A DNA stretch of 64,000 nucleotides, taken from the NCBI GenBank assembly GCA_963698075.1, contig OY969116.1:313010-377009 (forward strand), read 5' to 3'. Origin of the DNA: an uncultured Candidatus Berkelbacteria bacterium (lineage in GTDB: Bacteria; Patescibacteriota; UBA1384; UBA12157; JAENIV01). The position numbers and the translations under genes were made by a program. Below are positions 45,583 through 55,655 of this stretch, piece by piece. Position 1 is the stretch's first letter. The number at the start of each line of letters is the position of its first letter. A model generated the notes under the pieces. The model was not told where the DNA came from and searched no databases. It saw nothing but the letters and a program-made list of their open reading frames with translations.

Positions 45583-46548
45583 TTATTTATTACTATTTTC
45601 TTCGTCAGTAATTGTTTTACCGGTCAATTCGATAAATACATCTTCGAGGGTCGCCGAGCCAACATTGATGCTTTCTGGTCTTTCTTTTTGGACTAAGTCT
45701 AAAGCATCATTCAAAGCAGTCTGGGATTTTAATTTAATTTCGTAATGGGCCGTTTTTCCGGGAAAAGTCTTAATGTCACAGTCTTCAACATGACAATTAG
45801 CCCTTAATTTATCAATTAATTGGGGATTCTCATAAGACAAAATAAACTCAATTTTATAAGGACTATCTGTTTTCTCAATCAACCGGTGGGGTTTATCCAA
45901 AACAATAATTTTGCCTTTATCCATAATCGCCACTCGGTCGCAGAGAATTTCCGCTTCCTCCATGTAGTGAGTTGTCAAAACGATCGTTTTCCCCTGCTTT
46001 TTTATCTCGGAAATTATTTCCCACAAATTACGACGACCGATCGGATCAAGACCGGTCGTGGGTTCGTCCAAAAAGACAATTTGAGGATCATTAATCAATG
46101 AAGCGATAATCGAAAAACGCTGTTTTTGCCCGCCAGAAAGATCTCTAATATATTGATTAGCTTTGCTCTCCAGGCCAACCATTTTCAAAAGCCGTGCTGG
46201 ATAAAGATGCATTTTATAAAAACCGCCGAATAATTCAAGAATTTCTTTGAGCTTCAGATCGTCAAAATAGGCGCTTGATTGCAGTTGGACGCCAATTTTT
46301 TCCTTGATAGTTCCGAGTTCTTTTTTGACATCTTTGCCCAAAACTAAAATCTCGCCGTGGGTTGGCTTTCTCAAACCTTCAATCATTTCTAAAGTCGTGG
46401 TTTTACCGGCACCATTTTCGCCCAAAAGACCAAAAATCTCGCCCTTTTGAACTTCAAAAGAGATATCGTTAACCGCTAAGAGTCCATTATCCCCCGCATG
46501 ATATCTTTTGGATAAATTCTTAACTTCAATGACTTTTCCGTTCATCAT
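45583..46548 (-). CDS. ABC transporter ATP-binding protein
   Basis: GLLGENGAGKTTT, LSGGQKQR, VFLDEPTTGLD. Confidence 0.8.
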   Translation of the reverse strand: MMNGKVIEVKNLSKRYHAGDNGLLAVNDISFEVQKGEIFGLLGENGAGKTTTLEMIEGLRKPTHGEILVLGKDVKKELGTIKEKIGVQLQSSAYFDDLKLKEILELFGGFYKMHLYPARLLKMVGLESKANQYIRDLSGGQKQRFSIIASLINDPQIVFLDEPTTGLDPIGRRNLWEIISEIKKQGKTIVLTTHYMEEAEILCDRVAIMDKGKIIVLDKPHRLIEKTDSPYKIEFILSYENPQLIDKLRANCHVEDCDIKTFPGKTAHYEIKLKSQTALNDALDLVQKERPESINVGSATLEDVFIELTGKTITDEENSNK

Positions 46549-47747
46549 CTTGTAATCACCCGTTTAAAAACTGGCACCGAGATTGCTAAAGTGACCACTC
46601 CGAAGATTAAAAGAATCAAAAATTCGGTTCTCACGGCCGTAAAACCTGCACCCAAAACCATCACTTTTCGTATCGCATTAATGGCGTACGTCAGAGGAAT
46701 GACATGGGCAATTTTCTGCATGAAGTTGGGCATCAAGGCGATGGGGAAGAAAACACCAGATAAAAATAGCATTGGGAATTGGAACATAAAGAGAAGCTGA
46801 GTGGCGGTTTCCTGCTCCGTGGCAATCGCTGAAACCAAAATGCCCAAACCAACAAAGGAAAAAATTCCTAAAACTAAAAGCAGCGCTACCAATAAAATAT
46901 TGCCATGAACAGTGACGCCAAAAAGCAGAAATGCGAGCAATAAAACAATCGCTCCTTGAACCAAGCCTCGAATTGATTGTGATAAAGCCTTGCCAAGAAC
47001 TATTGCCAAGCGGTTAATCGGTGAAATTAAAATTCCGTCTAAAGTGCCTTGTTCCTTTTCTCTTGATATCGAGGCCGCCAATCCCGTCAATACGGCGGTC
47101 ATCACAATCATCGCCATAATACCCGGGGCGACAAATTCAAAATAGTTCGGATTGCCGGGAATAATCCCTTCGATTTTTGCTTGGATTGGCGCGATAATGG
47201 ATTGAACCGAAATACTGGAAACCGGATTAGTGGCGGGGACGGCGGTTAGAAGTTGATTGATTTTTTGGGCGCCCACTTGGGTACTGAAACCCGAGACGAC
47301 TTGCGCCAAAATTTGGTCAACCATCTGCGAAATCTGCGGGTTGGATTGGTCTTGGACGATGGTCACTTGCGCTTGTTCGTTAGAAGTGATTTTTTGATCA
47401 AAATCGGCTGGGATATCAATTCCGCCACTAATTTGCTGCGATTTAATTGCGTTCTTAATTGCATCGATACTATCGTAAGTTTTGACTTCAAAAGCTAAAT
47501 CGGGTTTGTCGGGTGATAATTTTAAGTTGGTAATAGTGGTTACCAATTGCTGACTGATCGTTTCGCCATCTTGATTGGCGATGCCGATCGGGACATTTTT
47601 TAAAGTATTTTGGTTGGGAAAAATAAACCCGACCATAATCATCATAAACATCGGCATAATAAAGAATGTCACTAAACGCAATCGGTCGCGCGTAAATTCC
47701 AATAAATCTTTTTTAGCAATTTGCCATAAATCTAAAAGTGTTCCCAT
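46545..47747 (-). CDS. ABC-2 type transporter permease (second)
   Basis: Same topology as 44487-45569; 4-nt overlap with the upstream ATPase gene. Confidence 0.6.
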   Translation of the reverse strand: MGTLLDLWQIAKKDLLEFTRDRLRLVTFFIMPMFMMIMVGFIFPNQNTLKNVPIGIANQDGETISQQLVTTITNLKLSPDKPDLAFEVKTYDSIDAIKNAIKSQQISGGIDIPADFDQKITSNEQAQVTIVQDQSNPQISQMVDQILAQVVSGFSTQVGAQKINQLLTAVPATNPVSSISVQSIIAPIQAKIEGIIPGNPNYFEFVAPGIMAMIVMTAVLTGLAASISREKEQGTLDGILISPINRLAIVLGKALSQSIRGLVQGAIVLLLAFLLFGVTVHGNILLVALLLVLGIFSFVGLGILVSAIATEQETATQLLFMFQFPMLFLSGVFFPIALMPNFMQKIAHVIPLTYAINAIRKVMVLGAGFTAVRTEFLILLIFGVVTLAISVPVFKRVITR

Positions 47748-47749
47748 TT

Positions 47750-48571
47750 TTACCTCACCCTGCTAGTTGGCTGACCGCCGAAACGATGACCGTGACCGAC
47801 TGTGCTTTTGATTTTTTCCGTGGCCGCATCGCGAATTTCTTTGCCAGTGATGGCCAAAAAGACATCTTCCATCGTTGGATTAACTTTTCCGGGAACTTGT
47901 TTTTTTAGATTTTGCACCGTATCTAAGGCCACAATTTTACCATGATCAATAATCGCAATTCGGTCCGAAAGCTCCTCGGCTTCGAGCATATCGTGGGTGG
48001 TCAGTAAGACCGTGACACCTTGGTCATTTAATTCTTGAATAAATGTGCGAATTAAATGGGTCGTTTGCGGATCAAGCCCCAAAGTCGGCTCATCCAAAAA
48101 CAAAACGTCTGGCTCGGTCAAAAGCGCTCGGACGATATTAATTCTCTGTTTCATGCCGGTCGAAAAAGTCTCGACTCGAGAATCCATCCATTCGGTCATA
48201 TGCAACCGCTCAACCCATTTTTCTGAGCGTTCCTTGATTTGTTCCTTGGTCAAATGGAAAAGTCGGCCGAAGAAATTTAAATTTTCTCGCGCCGTCAAGT
48301 GCGGATACAGGATGATTTTTTCCGCCACAAGACCGATGTGTTTTCTGACCTCGTCCTGGTCGCGTTCGATATCGTAGCCGGCCAACTTTGCCTCGCCGAA
48401 AGTGGGTCGAAGCAGGGTGGTCAACATTCGGATAGTTGTCGATTTACCGGCACCATTTGGACCCAAAAAACCAAAAATTTCCCCCTTGTGAATTTCAAAA
48501 TTAATGTTATCGACTGCCACAAAATCACGAAATTTTTTGGTGAGGTCTTTTACCTCGATAATATTTTCCAT
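47750..48571 (-). CDS. ABC transporter ATP-binding protein (second)
   Basis: GFLGPNGAGKSTT, FSTGMKQR, LFLDEPTLGLD. Confidence 0.8.
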   Translation of the reverse strand: MENIIEVKDLTKKFRDFVAVDNINFEIHKGEIFGFLGPNGAGKSTTIRMLTTLLRPTFGEAKLAGYDIERDQDEVRKHIGLVAEKIILYPHLTARENLNFFGRLFHLTKEQIKERSEKWVERLHMTEWMDSRVETFSTGMKQRINIVRALLTEPDVLFLDEPTLGLDPQTTHLIRTFIQELNDQGVTVLLTTHDMLEAEELSDRIAIIDHGKIVALDTVQNLKKQVPGKVNPTMEDVFLAITGKEIRDAATEKIKSTVGHGHRFGGQPTSRVR

Positions 48572-48843
48572 TACTCTCGCTCTCCTTCTATTTTTGAGAG
48601 AATTCTTTTCAAAAATCCAGACATTTCGTCGATCTTGATTAAACCGATAAATCGATCGTGTCTGGCAAAGACAAACAATTTTTCTCCTTTTTTTAATTTG
48701 AGATCTTTGCGAATTTCAGCGGGAATAACAATTTGACCCCGTTCCCCCACCGAAGTCACACCCGTAAGTTTATTTTCAACAAAGTGTTCAAAGATATGTT
48801 TTTTCATACATTTCATATTACTATTGTATTTATCATTTGTCAA
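48571..48843 (-). CDS. AbrB/MazE/SpoVT-type swapped-hairpin DNA-binding protein
   Basis: GERGQIVIPAEIRKDLKLKKGEKLFV resembles the AbrB-N/MazE looped-hinge helix fold. Stop overlaps the start of the downstream ABC ATPase. Confidence 0.5.
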   Translation of the reverse strand: MTNDKYNSNMKCMKKHIFEHFVENKLTGVTSVGERGQIVIPAEIRKDLKLKKGEKLFVFARHDRFIGLIKIDEMSGFLKRILSKIEGERE

Positions 48844-48853
48844 GCCCCGCCTG

Positions 48854-49906
48854 TCAATATTTATCTAAAACCATCTGCCAAATTGCAGCAGCGACATTAC
48901 GCGGCTTTCCTTGACAGGGATAATGGTGCATATCAATAAAAGGCAAGGAATTAATTTCAATAACATAAACAGAATTCTTCCGACTAGGACTTTTTGCAAT
49001 GTCTGGCACTAGAATGTCTAAACCCAGAATCCTCGCATCGAAGATTTGAGTAACCCTAAGACAAAGCTCTGCAATTTTAGGATTAATTTTTTCTGTCACA
49101 TCAATGATATCTGCCCCTGAACCAAGGTTGATTTTTTGATTTAAAACTACCACTCGATTTTTGGCTGGTATAGTCTCGGTATTCAAATTCTGCTCTCTTA
49201 ATAATCCTAAATCGATTTTTATTGGACAAATGGTAGGAGCAACGCGCCGGGGATCTCGATTTTTGATTTTAACCAACTGAGAAATCTTATGGGCCCCATC
49301 ACCAATAACTTCTGGTGGTTTTCGTAAACAGACAGCAACAATATGATTATTGACAATTGTCACTCGGTAATTTTGACCAATTAAAAATTCTTCGATTAAA
49401 AATTTTCTGCCGTATTCTCTAACATCTTTAACTGCCTGAATAAGCTCTTTTTTATTTCTAATATTAATTGTCACTCCCAAACAACGTGATTCATTGATCG
49501 GCTTAATAACAACTGGATAATTCTTGGTCGCAATGTAGCGCAAGGCTTCCTCGACGCTAGAAACTAATTGACCATCAGCGGTAGGGATTCTTTTCTGCCA
49601 CAAAATTTTTTTGACAAACCATTTATTATCGACTGACTCTTGATAAAAACGGTTGTAGGCGTTGCCTAAAGGCATGGTTTCATAAAAATAGTACTTGCAG
49701 TTTTTATGAACTTGGTAAAAACGAGTCGGCTTGCCTTTTAGTGAAAGATTTTCAATTTTTAGGCAGCGCTTTTTTGCCTCTTCAATTAAAACTAAATCAC
49801 GGCCGTTTATTTTATGATTTATTTCTTGGGTCCATTTAGCGATGCCAAAGATTTCTAAAGTTTTAATTAAAGTTTTTAGGAAACATTCAAAAATCTTATT
49901 TTTCAT
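48854..49906 (-). CDS. ATP-grasp ligase (cyanophycin-synthetase/RimK-like N-domain type)
   Basis: YPVVIKPINESRCLGV, EEFLIGQNYRVTIV, VIGDGAHKISQLV, VIEINSLP ATP-grasp elements. The track ORF's first 38 residues read through two tRNA genes and are artifactual. Confidence 0.6.
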   Translation of the reverse strand: MKNKIFECFLKTLIKTLEIFGIAKWTQEINHKINGRDLVLIEEAKKRCLKIENLSLKGKPTRFYQVHKNCKYYFYETMPLGNAYNRFYQESVDNKWFVKKILWQKRIPTADGQLVSSVEEALRYIATKNYPVVIKPINESRCLGVTINIRNKKELIQAVKDVREYGRKFLIEEFLIGQNYRVTIVNNHIVAVCLRKPPEVIGDGAHKISQLVKIKNRDPRRVAPTICPIKIDLGLLREQNLNTETIPAKNRVVVLNQKINLGSGADIIDVTEKINPKIAELCLRVTQIFDARILGLDILVPDIAKSPSRKNSVYVIEINSLPFIDMHHYPCQGKPRNVAAAIWQMVLDKY

Positions 49907-49913
49907 AATTTTC

Positions 49914-49989
49914 TGGTGCCCTCGGCAGGATTTGAACCCGCGACCTCTGGCACCGGAGGCCAGCGTTCTGTCCACTGAACTACGAGGGC
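49914..49989 (-). tRNA. tRNA-Arg (anticodon CCG) with CCA
   Basis: rc gccctcgtagttcagtggacagaacg-ctggc-ctccggt-gccag-aggtc-gcggg-ttcaaat-cctgc-cgagggc-a-cca. Confidence 0.85.
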
Positions 49990-49990
49990 C

Positions 49991-50066
49991 TGGCGCCCTC
50001 GGGCCGAGTCGAACGGCCAACCTCTCCCTTAGGACGGGATCGCTCTATCCATTGAGCTACGAGGGC
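49991..50066 (-). tRNA. tRNA-Arg (anticodon CCT) with CCA
   Basis: rc gccctcgtagctcaatggatagagcg-atccc-gtcctaa-gggag-...-ggccg-ttcgact-cggcc-cgagggc-g-cca; 1-nt spacer to the previous tRNA. Confidence 0.8.
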
Positions 50067-50171
50067 TTTAGATAGATTTTATCATTTTTGTAAGATATAA
50101 TAAACTTGTTTAAAGAATCACTCCTTAGGGAGAAGTTTTTTTCAAAGAGTAAATTTGAAAATAAAGTTACT

Positions 50172-50246
50172 CGGGGACTGGCCTAATGGTAAGGCGCAGC
50201 GTTCGGGACGCTGAGATTCCGGGTTCGACTCCCGGGTCCCCGACCA
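50172..50246 (+). tRNA. tRNA-Pro (anticodon CGG) with CCA
   Basis: cggggac-tg-gcct-aatggta-aggc-g-cagcg-ttcggga-cgctg-agat-tccgg-gttcgac-cccgg-gtccccg-a-cca. Confidence 0.85.
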
Positions 50247-50369
50247 ATCTACTCTTCTCTTGACCTAATAAACCTATGATGTTAAGATGTTTATCGGCAG
50301 CAATATGGAAGTTATGCTTTCAGCTTGCTGCCTGTAAGCAGTGCATCAACGCCAGGAGGTAGCGAGACA

Positions 50370-50795
50370 ATGGCTGTCGCGTCCATCGAACTCCGAGATC
50401 TTGAATGTCCCAAATGCCAACAGGTCTTCCTTGAAAGCGATTTCATCTATTGTCCGTATTGCGAAGACGATGAAGTCCTCCATAATGCCGTTCTTGTCCC
50501 CAAAGGACCCGATCCAGCTGAACTCGCGGTCTTCGACGAAACCCAGATTTGGCTAATTGCCTCCCAACTCGGTGACGCCATTCTCCAAGAGATCCAGAAA
50601 CCGATTGATCGCCCCTCAGGCAATTGCTTTCACGAATATGGCTACTACCGAGGGTTAGCTATGCTTATTGCCAGCACCTTTGATCTTCCAGAAATCCCTC
50701 CTTACCACCTTGAATATCGCGTTGACGACTTCAGGCAACTTTGTTGCTACATTCTCTGGGCTAAAGACCACAAGGAGCATCTGCAAATTGACTAA
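50370..50795 (+). CDS. Hypothetical zinc-ribbon protein (moderate GC)
   Basis: CPKCQQ ... CPYCED motifs. A possible small Cys4 ORF (CPWC...CPKCG) follows at about 50785-50955 in another frame. Confidence 0.25.
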   Translation: MAVASIELRDLECPKCQQVFLESDFIYCPYCEDDEVLHNAVLVPKGPDPAELAVFDETQIWLIASQLGDAILQEIQKPIDRPSGNCFHEYGYYRGLAMLIASTFDLPEIPPYHLEYRVDDFRQLCCYILWAKDHKEHLQID

Positions 50796-51124
50796 AGTTG
50801 CCCTACTCAAAGGATTGAAATTATCGTATCGCAACGCCTGTCCTTGGTGCCACCGACCGGTGCAGGGTAAGAAACCAGTTGACCGGTGTCCAAAATGCGG
50901 CCAAACCTTCTATCGAGTCCGCAAGACCAAACCTGTCTTATCACCTCCCGCCTAACGGCGGGAGCTTCGTATCTTGACTTTTATTAATAAATATGCTATG
51001 CTATATTTAGAAGTTTGAAAGTACTCGTGTGTATTGAACGTAAGTGAAATACCCCGAGAAACGCAAACGGGGTCCCGCTAAACGGGATCGGGGTCGATAA
51101 AAATTAAGTTTTCGAAAGTGAAAA

Positions 51125-51394
51125 ATGGAAGAACAAAAGAATAAGCTCTACGTGGGCAATTTGCCCTATTCTGTCAATGATGATAGCTTAAAGGAAACCT
51201 TCGCCGCTTCCGGGGAAGTAACCGAAGCCAAAGTAATCCTCGATAAATTTTCTGGACGATCAAAAGGTTTTGGCTTTGTAACGATGAAAGATGACAAAGC
51301 CGCCGAAAAAGCCATTGCTGATTTAGACGGTAAAGAAGTTGAAGGCCGTCCAATCAAGGTCAATGTCGCTCGTCCAATGAGACCCAGAGAATAA
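51125..51394 (+). CDS. RRM-type RNA-binding protein
   Basis: RNP-2 LYVGNL and RNP-1 KGFGFVTM. Confidence 0.8.
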   Translation: MEEQKNKLYVGNLPYSVNDDSLKETFAASGEVTEAKVILDKFSGRSKGFGFVTMKDDKAAEKAIADLDGKEVEGRPIKVNVARPMRPRE

Positions 51395-51511
51395 ATAGAG
51401 CAAAATACCTGCCCCCGCAGGCAGGCAAAAATCCGCCGATGAGCAATCTGAGGCGGATTTTTGTTTCTTGAAAATGTTATTTATGTTAAAATAATACTAT
51501 AGAAGAAAAAA

Positions 51512-52099
51512 ATGAAAAAAACTTATTGGATTATTATTCTAATCGTTTTGGCCTTAATTGCGGGTGTCTTTGGCTATCTCTTTTTTACCAAACCCAGCCG
51601 ACCAACACCTTCAGCCAGTCCATCCAATCAGCCTAGCTCCACTTTAACTAATACGCCTTCAGCCACAACTTCAACTGCCACCCCTATCGGCACCACTAAA
51701 ATCAAAATCTTTATGATTGCCGTGGATGACAATGGCGCCTCCGGTAAACTAATTGGTTGCGGCGACAGCGCCGTTGCCGTTGAGCGCGAAGTCCCCCAAA
51801 CCCAAGCAGTACTCAAGGCAGCAATGGAGCAGTTGATTTCTGTAAAAGACTCGACCTACGGCGGGTCTGGACTGACTAATCCACTCTCTCAATCCAGCCT
51901 CAATTTTGTCAGCGCCACAATCGACAATGGCAAAGCCACGGTTAAATTTACCGGCAATCTGAGTTTGCCTGGTGAATGCGGCGATGCCCGCATCCAAGCT
52001 CAATTCGAACAAACCGCCTTGCAATTTCCGAACGTCGAAAGCGTTGACATTTTTATTAATGATCAAAACTTGCGTGATTTAATATCTCAAGAAGGATGA
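51512..52099 (+). CDS. Membrane-anchored GerMN-domain-like protein
   Basis: TM, S/T/P linker, then GerM-N-like motifs (KIFMIAVDDNG...LIGCGDS). Confidence 0.45.
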   Translation: MKKTYWIIILIVLALIAGVFGYLFFTKPSRPTPSASPSNQPSSTLTNTPSATTSTATPIGTTKIKIFMIAVDDNGASGKLIGCGDSAVAVEREVPQTQAVLKAAMEQLISVKDSTYGGSGLTNPLSQSSLNFVSATIDNGKATVKFTGNLSLPGECGDARIQAQFEQTALQFPNVESVDIFINDQNLRDLISQEG

Positions 52100-52368
52100 A
52101 AAGAGTTCATGTTTTTTACTCCGGCAATATTCAAGGAATCGGATTTCGCTTCGCCACCCTGGATTTTGCCCAAAAACTTAGCATTAATGGTTGGGTAAAA
52201 AATTTAGCCGATGGTCGAGTGGAAATAGTCGTTGAAGGTCAAGAAAAAATCCTCCAAGTTTTTTTGGATAAAGTCGGAAAACAGTTTCAAAACTATATCA
52301 AAGATGTTAAGCTCGAATGGCAAAAGCCAATTGAAGAATTTAAAAATTTTGAAATAAAATTTGATTAG
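52096..52368 (+). CDS. acyP: Acylphosphatase
   Basis: VQGIGFR-like (NIQGIGFR) and GWVKNLADGRVE motifs; 90 aa. Confidence 0.75.
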   Translation: MKRVHVFYSGNIQGIGFRFATLDFAQKLSINGWVKNLADGRVEIVVEGQEKILQVFLDKVGKQFQNYIKDVKLEWQKPIEEFKNFEIKFD

Positions 52369-52376
52369 GAGGTTAG

Positions 52377-52820
52377 ATGAGAATTTTAAGTTCTGCATTC
52401 CAAAACAATCAAAAGATTCCAGCCAAATACACCTGTGATGGCCAAAATATCAATCCACCGCTGGAGTTTGTCGAGGTTCCTGGCAATGCCCAAAGTTTGG
52501 CTCTTATTTGTGATGACCCTGATGCCGTCGTCGGCACCTGGACCCATTGGTTAGTCTGGAATATTGATCCCAAAACTGCCCAAATCGCCGAAAACAATGT
52601 CCCGACTGGAGCCATTCAAGGTAAGACCAGTTCTGGGGGAAATATCTATCATGGCCCTTGTCCACCCTCTGGTACTCATCGTTATTTCTTTAAAGTCTAC
52701 GCCCTTGATCTAAAACTAGATCCGGCACCAGACGCCGATAAAACTAGTCTTGAGGAAGCTTTGAAAGGTCACATTATTGAAGAAGCGGAATTAATAGGTC
52801 TCTATATGCGAGAACCATGA
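52377..52820 (+). CDS. YbhB/YbcL (PEBP) family protein
   Basis: DPDAVVGTWTHWLVWNI ... GPCPPSGTHRYFFKVYALD. Confidence 0.7.
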   Translation: MRILSSAFQNNQKIPAKYTCDGQNINPPLEFVEVPGNAQSLALICDDPDAVVGTWTHWLVWNIDPKTAQIAENNVPTGAIQGKTSSGGNIYHGPCPPSGTHRYFFKVYALDLKLDPAPDADKTSLEEALKGHIIEEAELIGLYMREP

Positions 52821-52842
52821 AGGATTATCTGGCGATAGAGTC

Positions 52843-53106
52843 CTATTTTTTTAATCCCATTTTTGCTTTAAAAAAAGGTAAAAATTTAGCTGGGATATTA
52901 TGAATTTGTTTTGTCCGAGGGTTAATAAATTCCCGTGCCTTTCTTTGGGCTAAGGAAAAAGTTCCAAAACCAGAAATGGTCACTTTTTCACCACGGCTTA
53001 AGCCTTCTTTAATAGTGCTGACGAAACAATCCAGAATTTTTGTCGCCTCCTCCTCTGATATCCCAGACTCTTGAGAAACAACCTTAATCAATTCACTTTT
53101 TTCCAT
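52843..53106 (-). CDS. hup: HU family DNA-binding protein
   Basis: GFGTFSLAQRKAREFINPRT arm motif. Confidence 0.8.
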   Translation of the reverse strand: MEKSELIKVVSQESGISEEEATKILDCFVSTIKEGLSRGEKVTISGFGTFSLAQRKAREFINPRTKQIHNIPAKFLPFFKAKMGLKK

Positions 53107-53235
53107 AAGCCCTCCGCTCCTGAATTCCGCTCCCGCGAAAGCGGGAAGGAAGTTCAGGAAGCCCCGCAGATGACGCTCCTGTGTGATTGAACGTAGTTCA
53201 ATAAACAGGAAGGAATTGTGCGGGGCATATTTTTA

Positions 53236-54726
53236 CTATTTAGCAAACTCTATCGCCCTGGTCTCACGAATGACATTAACTTTAATTGTCCCCGGATACT
53301 GCAGATCTTCTTCAATTTTTTTGGCAATATTTTTCGATAGTTTGATCGCTTCCAAATCACCAATTTCCTCAGGCTTGACAATAATCCTTACTTCGCGGCC
53401 AGCTTGAATGGCGTATGATTTTTCTACTCCGGGAAAAGAATTAGCAATATTTTCAAGTTCCTCTAAACGTTTGACATAGTTTTCCAGGGTTTCCCGTCTG
53501 GCACCGGGTCTCGAGCCAGAAATGGCATCAGCCGCTTTGACAATAATTGCCTCAACTGTTTTGGCTTCAACGTCATCATGGTGAGCGACGATGGCGTGAG
53601 TGATATCCTCGGAAAGACCGTATTTTTTAGCAATGTCGACACTAATGTGATGATGGGGCCCGGGAATATCGTGGTCAACGGCTTTGCCGATGTCGTGCAA
53701 CAGGGCCGCCTTTTTGGCTAAGTTAACGTCAGCCCCAAGTTCCGAGGCCAACATTCCCGCAATGTGGGCCGCCTCGATTGAATGGGCTAAAACATTTTGA
53801 CCGTAGGATGTTCGAAATTTAAGTCTCCCTAAAATTTTTAATAAATCAGGGTGAAGACCAGCGACGCCCACCTCATAAGCCGCCTGCTCGCCCGCCTCGC
53901 GAATCTCTTGACCGATTTCTTCGCGTGCTTTTTTAACTTGTTCTTCGATCCTTGTCGGATGAATCCGACCATCAGCGATTAATTTCTCTAAGGCAACTTT
54001 GGCTATTTGCCGACGGATGGGATCAAACGCAGAAATCACGACCGTGTCTGGGGTATCATCAATAATTAAATCCGTTCCGGTCTCTTTCTCAAAAATTTGA
54101 ATGTTGCGGCCCTCGCGACCAATAATTCTTCCCTTCATTTCATCAGAAGGTAAACTGACAGCCGTAGTTGTTGTTTCGGCAGTATGTTCTGAAGCCAAGC
54201 GTTGAATCACGGTTGACAAAATTTCTCGAGCAATATTTTGGGCCTCTTCTCGAGCAATTTCTTTTTGTTCCTTAATTTTTTTAATTAAGTCGTCTTTGTA
54301 TTCTTTTTCAACTGAAGCCAAGAGTAATTCACGAGCTTCCTCTTTTTTAATGTTGGCAATTTTTTCCAGAGTCTCTACCTGCTTAACTTTTACTTGAGCG
54401 ATTTCATTCTTGATTGAATTAATCTCTTTTTCTCTCTCAACAACCTTTTCTTTTTCGGTATCAACTGATTCGAGTCGACGATCAATCATTTCTTCGCGAC
54501 GACGAAGATTTTTCTCAAGCTCTTGGAGATCGCGCCTGAGTCTTTCTTCTTCTTTTTTAGCTTCCTCTTTAATTTTTAGAGCTTCATCTTTGGCCTGAAG
54601 TAAAAGTTCTTTTTGTTTTTGTGATGACTGATCCTTTTCCCTTTTGGCGAGGTAAATTCTTCCAAAATAGCCCGCGGCCCCACCGCCCACAACCGCGGCA
54701 ATTAAATACCATATTAAATTGTTCAT
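53236..54726 (-). CDS. rny: Ribonuclease Y
   Basis: N-terminal TM, long coiled coil, KH ([12 protein letters not shown]), HD (LLHDIGKA ... HH). Confidence 0.85.
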   Translation of the reverse strand: MNNLIWYLIAAVVGGGAAGYFGRIYLAKREKDQSSQKQKELLLQAKDEALKIKEEAKKEEERLRRDLQELEKNLRRREEMIDRRLESVDTEKEKVVEREKEINSIKNEIAQVKVKQVETLEKIANIKKEEARELLLASVEKEYKDDLIKKIKEQKEIAREEAQNIAREILSTVIQRLASEHTAETTTTAVSLPSDEMKGRIIGREGRNIQIFEKETGTDLIIDDTPDTVVISAFDPIRRQIAKVALEKLIADGRIHPTRIEEQVKKAREEIGQEIREAGEQAAYEVGVAGLHPDLLKILGRLKFRTSYGQNVLAHSIEAAHIAGMLASELGADVNLAKKAALLHDIGKAVDHDIPGPHHHISVDIAKKYGLSEDITHAIVAHHDDVEAKTVEAIIVKAADAISGSRPGARRETLENYVKRLEELENIANSFPGVEKSYAIQAGREVRIIVKPEEIGDLEAIKLSKNIAKKIEEDLQYPGTIKVNVIRETRAIEFAK

Positions 54727-54796
54727 TTGAAACTCCGTATAAAAAGTCTTTCATCTTAAATTCTCAAATATATTGTACAATATTTTCGCGGAAAAG

Positions 54797-55555
54797 TCAA
54801 AGTAAAATCAGCATTGCCTTACCGCCTTGTTCGATGGAATCCGGAGAGTCGTTCCAATCATGAATGGCATTAAAGAGGACCTTTTGATTGTATTGATAGT
54901 GTTCACCCCGTTTAGTGCCAATGTCCTGAACAATAATATTATTTCCCGAATAACCAATGACGACTAACATGTGGTAGATCGGTCCGGGTTGGCGAAAATA
55001 AGGATTGCCCAACAAACGACCAGCGGTCGGCACGATCACCGGATGGTCTTGTGAGACTTCTTTTTTGATATTATCAATCGTGATATCATATTTCGCCGTT
55101 AAAGTTAGATTATAAAAACCTTTTGCCATTTCAGCCGTCTCTTTAACCGTCAGGTCCTTATGCGAACCCCAATTTTTAATCTCCCAATCCACCATCTTTA
55201 AAATTTCATCATCCATAGTTTGGGCCGAAATTGAGCTTTTTCCTTCTTGCCACCACTGAACCAAAATCACCGCTGCCTCTTCGCAGGCCTCATCGTGCAA
55301 TTGATCCCAATTAGCGAACGGCGCTTGGGGTTGGAAAGGGAAGTTTTTGATTAAATAAGAGTTGGGTAAGCTTTGAGCTGTTGGTGCTGGCGACTCTTTT
55401 GGAGTTGGAGAGGGGGTTGATAGGATCGCCGATGGAGATATCTCTGGCGAAGAAGCTGTATGAGAAGTTGAATAATATTTTTTATTAATAAAATAACCAA
55501 CCGCGATAACGATTATTAAAGTCCCAATTAATATATATAAATTTCTTTTTTTCAT
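54797..55555 (-). CDS. Membrane-anchored C39-like (papain-fold) peptidase domain protein
   Basis: DEACEEAAVIL (Cys) ... YHMLVVIGY (His) in peptidase_C39_2-like spacing; P/S-rich linker. Confidence 0.4.
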   Translation of the reverse strand: MKKRNLYILIGTLIIVIAVGYFINKKYYSTSHTASSPEISPSAILSTPSPTPKESPAPTAQSLPNSYLIKNFPFQPQAPFANWDQLHDEACEEAAVILVQWWQEGKSSISAQTMDDEILKMVDWEIKNWGSHKDLTVKETAEMAKGFYNLTLTAKYDITIDNIKKEVSQDHPVIVPTAGRLLGNPYFRQPGPIYHMLVVIGYSGNNIIVQDIGTKRGEHYQYNQKVLFNAIHDWNDSPDSIEQGGKAMLILL

Positions 55556-55655
55556 TTGGTAGTCAATCGTGGACGACGTTAGAACTATCATAACAAGTTC
55601 AGAGAGTAATATCTATATACCAAAGTTAGTTTGATAGTGTTCTTAATTTCCAATG

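Noticed and set aside
48854-50020. ORF-track N-terminal extensions (MAVRLGPRAPG... of the ATP-grasp gene; MAFKRQIHFIYGGCSSVVEH... of the GalT-like gene at 61821-62033)
   Set aside because: These residues are read through tRNA genes (Arg/Arg and His) on the same strand. The genuine starts are ATG 49906 and ATG 61820 with SD sequences.
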